A model generated the notes under the pieces. That model was not told the origin of the DNA. It ran no database searches and saw only the letters and a program-made list of their open reading frames with translations. Source: Felis catus (taxonomy: Eukaryota). From it: a stretch of 64,000 nucleotides of DNA. The position numbers and the translations under genes are program-made. Numbering within the stretch: position 1 is the first letter of the stretch; each line of letters opens with the position of its first letter. Below are positions 63,760 through 64,000 of this stretch, in pieces. Location of the stretch: the NCBI RefSeq assembly GCF_018350175.1, contig NC_058368.1, positions 170,688,001 through 170,752,000 on the forward strand, in the 5' to 3' direction.

Positions 63760-64000
63760 TTTGTTTTTTTTAAATATGAAATTTATTATCAAATTGGTTT
63801 CCATACAACACCCAGTGCTCATCCCAACAGGTGCCCTCCTCAATGCCCATCACCCACCCTCCCCATCCTTCCACCCCCCCATCAACCCTCAGTTTATTCT
63901 CAGTTTTAAAGAATCTCTTATGGTTTGGCTCCCTCCCTCTCTAACTTTTTTTTTCCTGCCCCTCTCCCATAGTCTTCTGTTAAGTTTCTCAAGATCCACA
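63760..64000 (-). mobile_element. Young felid L1 3' end (runs off window edge)
   Basis: 'ttttaaatatgaaatttattatcaaattggtttccatacaacacccagtgctcatcccaacaggtgccctcctcaatgcccatcaccc'. Confidence 0.92.

Overview
64 kb of AT-rich, non-coding mammalian DNA from a carnivore, almost certainly a felid (SINEC_Fc-type CAN-SINEs and cat-type L1 3' UTRs). I could not recognise any host protein-coding exon, RNA gene, CpG island or promoter. The ORF track is explained by SINE, L1 and microsatellite sequence or by chance, and the only real protein remnants are L1 ORF2, an ERV-L pol/dUTPase fragment and a pogo/Tigger transposase fragment. The window holds 17 CAN-SINEs, young and old L1 fragments, L2/MIR relics, DNA-transposon fossils, two solo LTRs and one internally deleted two-LTR ERV-L (LTR33-type) provirus. 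Most retroelements are on the minus strand, as expected for a long intron of a plus-strand gene (inference). The most notable items are a perfect 49-bp-arm AT-rich palindrome (6001-6101), the ERV-L provirus (~39.1-41.25 kb), a very young nested SINE, a switch in SINE orientation at ~44-46 kb, two CTCF-like motifs, and a few candidate enhancers and small exons. I found no convincing evidence of a new biological system. Repeat subfamily names come from recalled consensus sequences, and boundaries of old repeats are approximate.
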